A stretch of 64,000 bases of DNA from an uncultured delta proteobacterium (GCA_963816145.1 CAWFJP010000005.1:192001-256000), one strand, 5' to 3'; positions 19,001 through 29,455 are shown, counted from the stretch's first letter. Made by a program: numbers and translations. The notes: generated by a model from the letters alone, not told the origin.

Positions 19001-21654
19001 GCGTCGATATCGAAGGCCCGGCAATGGCCATCGCGGGAGTGCATGCCGTCCTGGCTAAAGGTAGCGCTGTGGGTTTGCGGAAACGTCAGCGCCACGCCTC
19101 CGGCGATGGCCATATCGCACTGGCCGCTGACCAGTGCTTGGCAGGCTTGCGCGACGGCGACCAGCGAGGTGGAACAGGCGGTCTGAACGTTGATGCTGGG
19201 ACCGCTAAGATTGAGCAGATAAGACGTGCGCGTGGCGATGGAATCGCTGTCGTTACAGATCATGAGTTGGCGGGCTTCATCGGTCGCGCGTTGCAGCAGC
19301 GCATCCACGGCAGCGCGATCGCCGCCGACGAGGTGCCACAGATAGGTGCTTTCCCGTCCGCCCGCGAAAACGCCGATATTATTATTTTCACCGGCAAATC
19401 CCGCTTCGCTCAGCGGCAATCCGGCATCTTCCAGGGCTCGATGCACGCATTCCAACCAGATACGTTGCTGGGGGTCGAGCCGCTGGGCTTCCCTTGGCGT
19501 TAGCCGGAACAGCGCGGCATCGAATTCATCGACATGGGAAAGCACGCCGCGCGCCGCGACGAGGACAGGGGTGTCGTCCGGCGCCGTGCCTTCGTCGGTT
19601 AAAGTAATACTCTCACGCCCGGCGCGCAGATTGTCCCAGAACTGTTCTAAATTGTCGGCGCCAGGAACGCGTCCGGCCATGCCGATGATGGCGATACTGT
19701 GATCGGGCCAAGGGCTCTTATCATGGGCGGTTGTGCTTGGGTGCTTCTGGTCCTTGGGCGGCTGCGGCAGGCCGCCTATGAAGTTGGCCAGCGCACGAAT
19801 CGTGCGGTGTTCAAAAAGACTGGCCACAGCCATTTCCTTGCCGTTCTGCTCCCTGAAGCGAGTGACGAATCGAGCCGCGCGCAACGAGTCGCCGCCGAGA
19901 TCGAAGAAGGAATCGAGCACACCGACATCGTCGATCTCCAGGATTTCCGACCAGAGGCTCGCAATCTGCTTCTCGATCGTGGTTTGAGGCGCGACAGGAT
20001 CATTCGACAGCGGCGGGCGCTGTCGACCCGGCAGCGGCAAGCGCTGGTAATCGATTTTGAGATCGTTGGTCAGCGGCAATGCATTTACAAAGACGAAGGC
20101 GCTCGGCACCAGCGACTGCGCAAGGCGTTCAGTTAGCGCTTGGCGCAGCTGCGTGACCGTCACGCTGGTCTGGGCAACCAGATAGGCGCACAGCCTGCGC
20201 TCGCCGACACGATCTTCGAAGTCGCGGACCGCGCACTGGGAAACTCCCGCAATCCTGAGCAAGTGGCCTTCGATCTCGGCCGCGTCGACAAACTCGCCGG
20301 CGACACGGATGCGCTGATCGACTCGACCGCGGTGAGTCAAGCAACCGTCATCGCTCATGCTGCCCAAATCGCCGGTGCGGTAGCGGCGCATACCGTTATC
20401 AAGCGCGGCAAAGCGTTCGATGCTCAGTTCCGGATTGCGCCAGTAACCGGTTGCAAGATATTCGCTTTCGACGACAATCTCGCCGGTAGCTTCAGGCGGC
20501 AGCTCGTCGCCGCGCTGATCAACGATGCGCACCGTCATGTCCGGCACCGCGTAGCCGATTGGCACTGATTCGGTTTGATTCAACCGAGTCTGCGCGTTGA
20601 TGAAGAACTGACGCACCAGCCCGCACTCGGTTGCGCCCAGACCGTTGACCAGCGTGCAATGATCCTGAAAGTTTGTCTGAAAATGCGCTATATCCAGCGC
20701 CGATGCGCGGTCGCCTTCAAGTCGCACTAGCCGAACGTCTGGAAATCTCGTGACCGGATCCGAGAGTTGGCGGAAGATCGACGGAACCGAGTGAAAGACA
20801 GTTACCCGAGTCCGCCGAAGCCATTCCGAGAGAGCCGAGAAACCATCGCGTTGTAGATCGAAAGGGGCAATCACCGCGCCATTTAAGAGCGCCCCAAACA
20901 GGCTCGAGACCGTACCGCTGAAGCTCGGGTTTTGCACCAGACTTAGAATATCTCCCGGGGCAAACTTGAGTGTGTTGGTGTAGCGCAGGATGTTGTGCAA
21001 GACGTTGCGATGGCAGTCAGCAACGCCCTTGGGCGTGCCAGTGGATCCCGACGTATAGAAAATATAGGCGATGCTTTCAGTGGCAACCAGCCGGTCCAGG
21101 TTCTCGCTGGAAAAGCGATTCAGATCTGCATCAGACGGGATCACAGGAAATCGGCCGGCAGCCAGTTTTCGAGCAAGATCGAATTGATGTCCAGCGCTGA
21201 TTATTGCGCCTGGGCGAAGTTTATCGACCATGTTACGTAGGACGGGGTCGGGAAGGCGCTGGTCGAGGGGTGCGTAACTACTGCCCGCCTTGAGAATAGC
21301 CAAGGTCCAGACAATCGATTCGTCGCTTTGATCGATCAACATCGCGACCGGCCGAGTTTCGCTGGTCATCTTGGCGAGTAGCAGGTGCGCAGCTTGATTC
21401 GCGGCGCTATTCAATTCTGCATAGGTGACGTCGCCTGATGAGCGGCGAATCGCTAGCGCAGCCCCGTCACGAATCACTTGCTGCTCAAAAAGCCGATGGA
21501 TAGGTTGGTGGCATTGATCGGCGGAAAATTCCGAGAAGGCCTCAGGAAAACATAGGTTGTTGCGCGCGTCCAGGTCCCTCATGACAGTTTCGATGGTGGC
21601 TAGGTTGAGTCCCTCACGACCGGTGAATCCGTAAGCATTGCCCGATGCAGCCAA
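16038..21654 (-). CDS. Hybrid NRPS/type I PKS: A-PCP-KS-AT(degenerate)-DH-ACP, frameshift near 16930
   Basis: YTSGSTGTPKG, YRTGDLG, FFDLGGDSL, DPQQR, TACSTS, HGTGT, NIGHL, HRLFGISLPP and LGLDSM; ORFs 16861..21654 and 16038..17015 overlap inside the DH domain; start may be ATG 21582. Confidence 0.9.
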
Positions 21655-21975
21655 ACGGCGACAAATGTCTCAGGAATAGGCGAGAAAAGTGTTTTGTAAG
21701 TGTGCCATGGTAATTTTGCCCATACCCTAGCTGGCTAAGAATTCTTCCGAGGCGCAAGATATCCACGGGGTCGAATGAAATCAACATCGGGTTGGTAACA
21801 TGATTAATTATGTCTCATGATACCAGAAGCCGTGGTAAAACTCGCGACTTCCATCGAATCGAACTACAAGCCGGCCGTAGCGGTCGATATTACCGCAGCG
21901 CGGCAATTTCGCGGCATCGAAACTGTGGGAATGGTCATCTAAAGGTAGGACCATTGGCGTTAGGAGGGGACGAAC

Positions 21976-23184
21976 TTGACGATAGTTCCGAGCGGCCTTG
22001 AAGGATCAATGATCTCAAAAAGCGCCGGTGGCTTGATCATTTCGCGAGCCGAGCTTAGCGGGCGATTGGCAGATCGTGCGTTGGTGATCGTTAACGTGAT
22101 GCCGGTGGAGTCGTTCAAAGCGGGGCATATTCCCGGTTCCGTGAATCTTCCCATCGCGGACATACCAAGCAAAGCGCGCCAGGTGCTCTCCGATCTCCAT
22201 CAGGAGATCGCCGTGTACTGTGCCGGGCCTACCTGACCGTTGGGCAAGCAAGCGGTCGGCTTGCTCGAAGGCCTGGGTTACACCAACTTGCGCTATTATG
22301 TCGGCGGAATGGCGGAGTGGTCGGAAACTGGCGGACCGGTGGCAGGCCAGAATCAAGCCGCTGCGCCGTCATCGAACAGTTCTAGTTTGGCTCCACGTGC
22401 GTATCGCTTATCTTGGCTGGAAAGGGTTGCCGGTCTTTCACTTGAAAGGCTAGTCGTCCTCTGGCTCTCCATGATCGTTGTTTTCGGCGTGATCTATTGG
22501 GTTGCCGGGGTCGGTATGGGAATGGGACTTCAGGCAGGTGGTAATCTGGTCAGAGCCGATGGCCAGGGTTTCGTCACGGCAATTTATTTTAGTTTCGTCA
22601 CCGCGCTCTCAATCGGTTACGGCGATGTCGTGCCGCTCGGCTTGTTTCGCATCGTCGCGATCGTCGAGGGTGCGGCCGGCTTGCTGATCTTTGGCTGTGT
22701 AATTTCAAAATTGGTGTCGCGGCGCCAAGAGGAACTTACCGAAGAGATCCATCAGACGACTTTCGAAGACCGGCTCGATCGGGTGCGGACCAATCTGCAT
22801 CTAGTCTTCACCGATATTGGCTCGGTGCAGCAGTTGCAAGCGGAACAGGGGGTTCTGCCGGAGCTCGTCCTGCGAAGATTGGAGAGTACGGTGCGGGTAT
22901 TTCGCGGCGAGCTGCGGGCAGTGCATGACTTGCTCTACCGTTGCCGGGTGATGCCCGACGAAGAAACAATGGACTCGCTGCTTGCCAATTTGATCATTTG
23001 CCTACAGGGTTTGACCGATATCGATAATGCTTTGCCGATCCGGTCCTCGAACTTGAACCTGGGACTCCGCTCCATTGGCAACCTCGCCAATGAGATCTGC
23101 GGCGAATGCGTGCCCCACGCTTATGCGCCGGTATTGAAAGATTCGATGGATCAAATCCAAGAACTGGCGCGCAAGATTGCATGA
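21976..23184 (+). CDS. Rhodanese domain / two-TM potassium channel fusion, probable selenoprotein (UGA at 22234-22236), 402 aa
   Basis: GHIPGSVNLP...VYCAGPT*PLGKQAVGLLEGLGYTNLRYYVGGMAEW is one continuous rhodanese domain across the TGA; AIYFSFVTALSIGYGDVVP pore; AGGAGG RBS before TTG 21976. Confidence 0.82.
22237..22266 (+). promoter_or_regulatory. Candidate bacterial SECIS hairpin
   Basis: Stem agcaagc (22247-22253) / gcttgct (22259-22265) with loop GGTCG, 17 nt downstream of the in-frame TGA. Confidence 0.7.
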
Positions 23185-23269
23185 CCATTCCCGCCCGCCT
23201 CATGTGAATTCTTGTTTGCTATCCATTGCCGTGCTATTCGTTGCGACACCAATTGCGGAGGGACCTCCT

Positions 23270-23582
23270 GGCTTCGGCTTAGATTGATTAATCCCATACT
23301 GTCGTTGATCGCTCTGGTCTTGATGCTTGGCGGTTGCCAAGCTTTGACTGGCGAAACGGTCGGCGAAAGTGTCGACGACACGGGAATCATTACCCGCGTC
23401 AAAGCCGCGCTGGCCGCAGACAAGGGATTTTCACTGACTCGTGGAGGCGTTGAAACCACGCGCGGCGTCGTCCATTTGACCGGTGTCGTCCAGTTGGCGT
23501 CGGATCGCAGCCGCGCAGAACAGGTAACGCGCACAGTGACCGGGGTAAGAGGCTGACCGACAATCTACAAGTTGGGCCGTAG
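23270..23582 (+). CDS. BON domain lipoprotein (start uncertain; 1-nt deletion near 23553)
   Basis: LGGC lipobox, VDDTGIITRVKAAL, GVVHLTG; VTDNLQVGP* continues in a shifted frame. Confidence 0.7.
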
Positions 23583-23730
23583 CCCAGCCAAGGAGAGCTG
23601 ATTTGGCTGGATTTGGCGGCGGCTGAAGTTTGCATACCTGTTTTTTTGGGCGCCGCTTCCCCATCTTCTAACTTTTGGGTGAAAGGAATTTTTTCTGAAA
23701 GGTTCTAAGTTTCCTGTCGCCGTTGCGGTT

Positions 23731-24006
23731 TTGTTATTGAGTTTGGCGTTCGGCAGTTGCCAGACGATTCGCGATAAAGCTTCCGGGCCGGAGTTCGAGG
23801 ACGCCAAACTGATCGCTGTTATCAAGGCACAGCTGGCGCTGGAAGATCGGGCGACCGTTCAGGGCATCGATGTGGATGTCGACGATGGCGTGGCCAAGCT
23901 CAAAGGTACCGTCGATACGGTCGAGAAGAAAAACAAAGCCGGCGAGATCGCGCGCAAGGTGAGCGGCGTCAAGAGCGTCGTGAACAATATTCAGGTCAAG
24001 CCCTGA
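23731..24006 (+). CDS. BON domain lipoprotein (start uncertain)
   Basis: FGSC lipobox-like, IDVDVDDGVAKLKGTV, GVKSVVNNIQVK. Confidence 0.85.
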   Translation: MLLSLAFGSCQTIRDKASGPEFEDAKLIAVIKAQLALEDRATVQGIDVDVDDGVAKLKGTVDTVEKKNKAGEIARKVSGVKSVVNNIQVKP

Positions 24007-24092
24007 ACGGTGAGAATGTCCCGCCCATGTTGCGAAATTCCGTTGTCATTGGATCATCCAAAAGATTGCATAACGATCGCCGAGCCTCATCC

Positions 24093-25082
24093 TCATTTCG
24101 CAATCGAATCGATGAAGCCGCTTTTTTCCAACTGATCGACGATCGATAGATCGACGAACTGTTCGGGTTTCGGCAGCGGTTTTTTCCCCGGATATTGGTT
24201 TTCAATCATGAACTGGATCGCCTTGAGCGACGGGCGCGGGCTTTTTTGCAGTGTCGGCGCGTAGTCTTGCCAGGTGCCTTCGAGGATTTCTTCGTCGTTT
24301 AACTTGCCGTATTTGGCGAGGATTTTTTTGCTGAACTCCTTGTCGGTGCGATAGCGCTGCATGCCGCGGGTGAAAGCGCGCATGAAGCGCAAGGCGGTGT
24401 CGCGCTGCTGGGTCAGAAACGTGCGGGTGGTGATCACCGTGCCATTAATATCCTCGACGCCCAAATCGGCGAAGTTGACCAGCTCGCGCATGCCCATCTT
24501 CTGCGCCTTGGGGTACAGCGGGTAGCTCAGCGCCGCCACTTGAACCACGCCGTTGGCCAGAGCCGCGAACGCTTCCGGCTGCGCGCCGAAGGTGAGGATC
24601 GCCACATCTTTGTTCGCTTCGAGGTTGAAATGCTTGAGGGCGATGCGCACGAGCTGGTCCGAGGTGGAGCCGAAGGTGGTAATGCCGGCCTTCTTGCCTT
24701 TCAAGTCCGCCGGCAGTTTGATTTCGGGACGGGCGATCAGACGAAACGGCGACACCGTGCCGGTGGAGCCGATGATCACGACATCGCTGCCTGCGGTCGT
24801 CGCGGTTATGGCGGCGATGGCCCCTGCCTGGATGATCGGCGCGCTGCCGCCGAGCATCGCCGCGACCATCCGGCTGCTACCGCCGACGCGGATGAGCTCG
24901 ACATCGAGTCCTTCAGCGCTGAAGTATCCCGCCTCTTTGGCGATCCATGCGGTCGCCCAGCTGCCCGCAAAACTAGGATAGAGCAGGCGCATGGGTGTCT
25001 GGGTGGTCGCGCAAAATGCCGCGTTCGATAGGCCGCTGATGGTTACTAGCAAGGCGAGCAGCGCGATTTTTCTGCCGAACAT
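24093..25082 (-). CDS. NitT/TauT family ABC substrate-binding protein
   Basis: Signal peptide; AKEAGYFxxEGLDVEL, DLKGKKAG and FVDLSIVDQLEKSGFI. Confidence 0.92.
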   Translation of the reverse strand: MFGRKIALLALLVTISGLSNAAFCATTQTPMRLLYPSFAGSWATAWIAKEAGYFSAEGLDVELIRVGGSSRMVAAMLGGSAPIIQAGAIAAITATTAGSDVVIIGSTGTVSPFRLIARPEIKLPADLKGKKAGITTFGSTSDQLVRIALKHFNLEANKDVAILTFGAQPEAFAALANGVVQVAALSYPLYPKAQKMGMRELVNFADLGVEDINGTVITTRTFLTQQRDTALRFMRAFTRGMQRYRTDKEFSKKILAKYGKLNDEEILEGTWQDYAPTLQKSPRPSLKAIQFMIENQYPGKKPLPKPEQFVDLSIVDQLEKSGFIDSIAK

Positions 25083-25152
25083 AATTCCTCCGGGCGGGCG
25101 CTAGGGCATTGGCTTCTTTTTTGTGCGCGTTGTAGACATTGGGTGTTAGCGA

Positions 25153-26412
25153 TTGGTTATGCAACGCGAAGATACCTCAAAGCTGCCATCGAAGAAAAGC
25201 GCCGCGGCGGAAATTGCTCAAGCCGCCGGTGCGCCAGCCGGTTCCTTTTGGCCCCAGGCTGCGCCGGTATTTTTCTTGGTGGCGATCTTTCTGCTCAACT
25301 TTATTGCTCGGGTTATTTTCTCGCCGCTCTTGCCGACCATCGAGAAGGAAATGGAGATCGGCCACGGCCAGGCCGGGTTCTTTTTCTTTCTCATCTCCGC
25401 CGGTTATTTGAGCGGCTTACTGGGCTCGGGATTTTTGTCGTCGCGCACGACCCACCGCCTGACTATCCTAGTTTCCGGCAGCGGGGTTGGCGCGGCGCTC
25501 TTGCTGCTGTCGGCTTCGAGCAGCCTTGGGTCGATGCGCGCCGGTTTGTACGTCTTGGGACTGGCCGCCGGGCTTTACATGCCGTCAGCGATCGCTACGA
25601 TCACCGCGCTGGTCGATCAACGCCATTGGGGCAAAGCAATTGCGATTCACGAGTTGGCACCTAATCTAGCATTTTTCATCGGTCCGTTTGTCGCCGAATT
25701 GTTTCTCAATCATTCGACTTGGCGCGCGGCGTTGGCGATGTTGGGAATGACTTCCGTACTTATCACCATCGCTTACTCCCGCTATGGAAAGGGCGGCCGT
25801 TTCGTCGGTGAATCGCCGGCGTCGAATGCCGTCGGTGTGCTCGTGCGCACATCGGCATTCTGGATCATGTTGATTCTCTTCGGCATGGGTGTGAGTGCGA
25901 CGGTGGGGATTTACGCCATGCTGCCGCTCTATCTGGTGACTGATCGCCATGTCGAGGCGACCTGGGCGAACACGGTTACCGCATTTTCACGTTCCTATGG
26001 ACCGGTATTCGGCATGCTCGGCGGCTGGGCCTCAGATCGGCTTGGGCCAAAACGGACCATGATGGTCAGTTTGATCGTTACCGGTGCGCTGACTTCGCTT
26101 TTGGGGTTGGTCGCCGACGATTGGATCGGTGCGTTGGTGATTGTCCAACCGGCTCTGGCGGTATGGTTTTTCCCGGCTGGATTCGCTGCCCTCGCGGTGA
26201 TCGCGCCGCCGCAAGCGCGCAACCTCGCGGTGGGCTTCACCATCCCCTTTGGCTATTTGATCGGCGGCGGCGCGATCCCGACGTTTATCGGCATCATGGG
26301 CGACGCTAAACTTTTCGCTCTAGGCTTCACGATCACCGGGCTGTTGATCACCGCCGCCGGTTTGCTGGCGATTTCGCTCAAGCTGCCCGGCTATGCCAAA
26401 GTCGGTCACTAG
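25153..26412 (+). CDS. MFS transporter
   Basis: About 12 hydrophobic segments; GWASDRLGPKR motif. Confidence 0.92.
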   Translation: MVMQREDTSKLPSKKSAAAEIAQAAGAPAGSFWPQAAPVFFLVAIFLLNFIARVIFSPLLPTIEKEMEIGHGQAGFFFFLISAGYLSGLLGSGFLSSRTTHRLTILVSGSGVGAALLLLSASSSLGSMRAGLYVLGLAAGLYMPSAIATITALVDQRHWGKAIAIHELAPNLAFFIGPFVAELFLNHSTWRAALAMLGMTSVLITIAYSRYGKGGRFVGESPASNAVGVLVRTSAFWIMLILFGMGVSATVGIYAMLPLYLVTDRHVEATWANTVTAFSRSYGPVFGMLGGWASDRLGPKRTMMVSLIVTGALTSLLGLVADDWIGALVIVQPALAVWFFPAGFAALAVIAPPQARNLAVGFTIPFGYLIGGGAIPTFIGIMGDAKLFALGFTITGLLITAAGLLAISLKLPGYAKVGH

Positions 26413-26459
26413 TTTTCGGTTGTCAGCGGCGCGCCGGCTGTTCTATAAGTAATCTTATT

Positions 26460-27212
26460 ATGAAGCTCGAAGATTTCGCTGCGAGAATTCGTCAGAGTGA
26501 CGAAATCGTGGTTTTCACCGGCGCGGGAATCAGTACCGAATCCGGCATCCCGGACTTCCGCAGTCCCGGCGGCATCTGGACCCGCTATCGCCCGGTGACG
26601 TTTCAAGAATACATGACCAGCGAGGCGGCGCGCATCGAAGCATGGAAGCGACGCCTTGACGGCTGGGAGCAGTATCGCAAGGCCCAGCCCAACGTCGGCC
26701 ATTATTTCGTCCAAACGCTGAGCGCTAAAGAAAAATTAATCGGGCTGATCACGCAGAATGTCGACGGCCTGCACAGCAGAGCTGGGTTGCCGGACGACAA
26801 GGTTGTTGAGCTGCATGGTTCGAATCGCAAGATTCTTTGCATGAGCTGCACCAAGGAGTTCGAGCCGGAGCCGATTATCAATCGTTTAGTCGGTGACTTC
26901 GCCTCGCCGAGGTGCGACAGCTGTGGCGGCATTCTCAAGTCGGCGACAGTGTCCTTCGGCCAGGCCATGCCCGAGCAGGCGATGTGCGTAGCGCAAGAGT
27001 GGACAGAACAGGCGAAAGTATTCATCGTCATGGGCTCGTCTTTGCAGGTGCAACCGGCGGCGTCGTTCCCGGTCATGGCGAAACGTAACGGTGCGCTGCT
27101 GGCGATTATCAACCGCGAAGAAGGGCCATTGGATGACATGGCGGACTTTGTTCATCATGGTGCCATCGGTGAGTTTTGCGGCAAGTTCGGCGAAATGATC
27201 GCCGACGGGTGA
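26460..27212 (+). CDS. cobB: Sir2-family NAD-dependent protein deacylase
   Basis: GAGISTESGIPDFR, TQNVDGLH, ELHG, CxxC...CxxC, GSSLQVQPAA. Confidence 0.93.
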   Translation: MKLEDFAARIRQSDEIVVFTGAGISTESGIPDFRSPGGIWTRYRPVTFQEYMTSEAARIEAWKRRLDGWEQYRKAQPNVGHYFVQTLSAKEKLIGLITQNVDGLHSRAGLPDDKVVELHGSNRKILCMSCTKEFEPEPIINRLVGDFASPRCDSCGGILKSATVSFGQAMPEQAMCVAQEWTEQAKVFIVMGSSLQVQPAASFPVMAKRNGALLAIINREEGPLDDMADFVHHGAIGEFCGKFGEMIADG

Positions 27213-27224
27213 GTCGGAAGTATT

Positions 27225-27346
27225 GGCCGCAAAGTACGCAAAGGACTCAAAATTATTCGGACGACGCATTCACCACGAAGGCACGAAGGACACGAAGGTT
27301 TCGGGAAAATGTCAGAACTTGGCGCTCTTCGTGCCTTCGTGGTGAA
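27225..27346. repeat. Palindromic repeat cluster (gccgcaaagtacgcaaag; caccacgaaggcacgaag ... cttcgtgccttcgtggtg)
   Basis: Inverted arms; related copies at 42943-43022 and 60200-60277. Confidence 0.85.
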
Positions 27347-27384
27347 AACCATTGAATCAGTTCTGCAGATGAAAGGGCAATGAC

Positions 27385-28389
27385 ATGGCTGACTGGAAGA
27401 TGATCGATGCCGACGGACATATTCGCGAGGTCGAGAGCGATGTGTTCGAGTATCTGCCGGATTACTACAAGGCGCGGCGCGAGGCTGTCATGTATTTCCC
27501 GCTGCTGCCGCATCATGGCTGGCATCGGCAGGCCGGGAGAGAGGGGATTGGCCGGTCATTTTTGATTCCGTCGCTGCAGGATTGGCAGCAGGCGCTGGAC
27601 CTCGGCAAGCTCGAGGCAGCGGTGATTTATCCGACTCGCTTCATGCATATCGGTCAGGTCGGTATGACCGACTTCGCCGTGGATTTAAGCAAAGCCTACA
27701 ACGATTATCTGCACGATCGCTTTTTGCGCCATGAACCGCGCATGAAAGGCATGGCGATTTTGCCGATGCAAGATGTGCCGGCGGCGGTCGCCGAGCTGCG
27801 CCGCGTGGTCAAGGATTTGGGCATGGTCGGCGCGGTGCTGCCCGCGGACGGCTTGCCGCGGCCGTTGGGCCATCCGGAGTTTCATCCGGTCTACGAGGAG
27901 GCTAATCGCCTCGGTTGCATGCTCGCGGTGCACTCGCAGAATTCATTGCGCAACAATGATCTGTTCATGTGGCGCGGCGAGGCGGCGACGCTGGCCCATG
28001 TCTGGCCGCAGATGCGCCAGTTTACCAACTTCATGTTTTCAGGAATTCTCGGTCGCTTGCCGGATTTGAAAATAGCCTTTCTTGAAGCCGGCTGCGGTTG
28101 GGTGCCCTATCTCATGAGCAAGATGGGCAACCGCATGGGCGAGGCGCTGCCGCCGGCAAAATTGATTGAACGCGGGCAGATTTATTTCCAATGCGGCGAG
28201 GAGATGACCACCAGCCGTGACTTGGAATTGCTCGGCGACGAGTGTTTGTTCTGGGCGTCCGATTTTCCCCACGAGGGGATTGTCAGCATGAAAAAAGCGG
28301 TCGATGAGTTTGTCGAGCGGGAGGATATTCCCGAGGCAGCGAAACGCAAAATCAGTTACGACAATCCGAAGCGACTTTACGCGCTCTAA
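27385..28389 (+). CDS. Amidohydrolase family protein (Amidohydro_2)
   Basis: IDADGH, LAVH, FLEAGCGWVP and WASDFPH motifs. Confidence 0.92.
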   Translation: MADWKMIDADGHIREVESDVFEYLPDYYKARREAVMYFPLLPHHGWHRQAGREGIGRSFLIPSLQDWQQALDLGKLEAAVIYPTRFMHIGQVGMTDFAVDLSKAYNDYLHDRFLRHEPRMKGMAILPMQDVPAAVAELRRVVKDLGMVGAVLPADGLPRPLGHPEFHPVYEEANRLGCMLAVHSQNSLRNNDLFMWRGEAATLAHVWPQMRQFTNFMFSGILGRLPDLKIAFLEAGCGWVPYLMSKMGNRMGEALPPAKLIERGQIYFQCGEEMTTSRDLELLGDECLFWASDFPHEGIVSMKKAVDEFVEREDIPEAAKRKISYDNPKRLYAL

Positions 28390-28397
28390 CGAGCGCG

Positions 28398-28492
28398 GTT
28401 CCAATCGTTCCAGCCGTTTCAACGGTTCCAATAACGGACGATCCGCATGTCCGATCGATTGGAACCGCTGGAACCTTTGGAACGATTGAAAC
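28398..28492. repeat. 9-nt-period tandem repeat (gttccaNNN) with inverted copy
   Basis: gttccaatcgttccagccgtttcaacggttccaa / ttggaaccgctggaacctttggaacgattgaaac. Confidence 0.85.
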
Positions 28493-28503
28493 CGGCGGCG
28501 TTC

Positions 28504-28893
28504 TTACGCCTTGGCGAACTTTTCCTGAACCTTTTGCCTGGTATCTTTGCGCGTGACGTAGTCGATAATTTGAATATCTTCCGACGGGCCGGAGCGGTTA
28601 CCCATCATGATCATCGGTTGGTCGCTGGCATTTTCCAGCTGGTAGAACGAGCCTCCGGTGATGGTCGCGGCCATGCCCGGTTTGAGCACGGCTTTGCCGC
28701 CGTCGGGGAAATGCATGGTGCACTCGCCGTCGATGACGTAGAACGTCTGATCGGCATTATGGCAGTGCATGTCGTCTTTGTGGCCGGGTTTGTAATAATG
28801 CATCCAGGCGTGAAAACGCTTGGTATTAAAAATTTCCTTGCGTCGTTTCTCCTTGTGGGCGAAATCGACCATGTCGATGACTTCGATGGGCAT
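28504..28893 (-). CDS. Cupin domain protein
   Basis: MHCHNADQTFYVIDGE cupin motif 1; GAGGAGG RBS. Confidence 0.88.
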   Translation of the reverse strand: MPIEVIDMVDFAHKEKRRKEIFNTKRFHAWMHYYKPGHKDDMHCHNADQTFYVIDGECTMHFPDGGKAVLKPGMAATITGGSFYQLENASDQPMIMMGNRSGPSEDIQIIDYVTRKDTRQKVQEKFAKA

Positions 28894-28969
28894 AATTTAT
28901 CCTCCTCATATGTTCTCAAAATTCTGAAAATGTTCTGGTTTGGAGTCATTTTCTTTCATTTACCATTTT

Positions 28970-29057
28970 GTTCCAATCGTTCCACTAGTTCCAGTGGTTT
29001 GCGGATTCGCCCGTTGCCGACGGTTGGAACGGCTGGAACGATTGGAACTATTGGAAC
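28970..29057. repeat. 9-nt-period gttcca / tggaac inverted repeat, second copy
   Basis: gttccaatcgttccactagttccagtg / ttggaacggctggaacgattggaactattggaac. Confidence 0.85.
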
Positions 29058-29074
29058 GACGCGCGCCTCGCGCG

Positions 29075-29455
29075 TCATAATACCGCGATCACTTCGATCT
29101 GAAACAGCACTTTGCCGCGCAAGTCAACTTTGAGCGCGTGGCGCGCCGGGCGATCATGGGGATCGGGAAACATCTTCTCCCACGGCCCGTTGACATTGTC
29201 GCGGTACTTTTCATCTTTCAAATAGACCTTCATGTGGGCGATGTTGTCGACCGTGCCGCCGACGCTGTCCATGAAAAGCCTCAAGTTGCGGAACATCGCT
29301 TCGGCCTGTTCGTCGGGATTGTCCGAGAGCACGCCGGTCTTGGCGTCCTTGCCGCCGATCGCCGAGGAGAAAACCATGTTGCCCATAACCACGCCGTTGG
29401 GGATAGGCGCGCCATGTTCCATGCCGGGGATGTGAATGCTCTTACGTTTTGCCAT
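29075..29455 (-). CDS. RidA/YjgF family protein
   Basis: HGAPIP, VFSSAIGG, FPDPHDRPARH and QIEVIA motifs. Confidence 0.9.
   Translation of the reverse strand: MAKRKSIHIPGMEHGAPIPNGVVMGNMVFSSAIGGKDAKTGVLSDNPDEQAEAMFRNLRLFMDSVGGTVDNIAHMKVYLKDEKYRDNVNGPWEKMFPDPHDRPARHALKVDLRGKVLFQIEVIAVL

Noticed and set aside
23554-23556. TGA ending the first BON ORF as a second selenocysteine codon
   Set aside because: The domain continues in a shifted frame (VTDNLQV), so a 1-nt deletion explains it; not a Cys position
28398-29057. Periodic gttcca repeats as a possible CRISPR array
   Set aside because: Period is 9 nt with no unique spacers, units are arranged as inverted arms, and no cas genes are present
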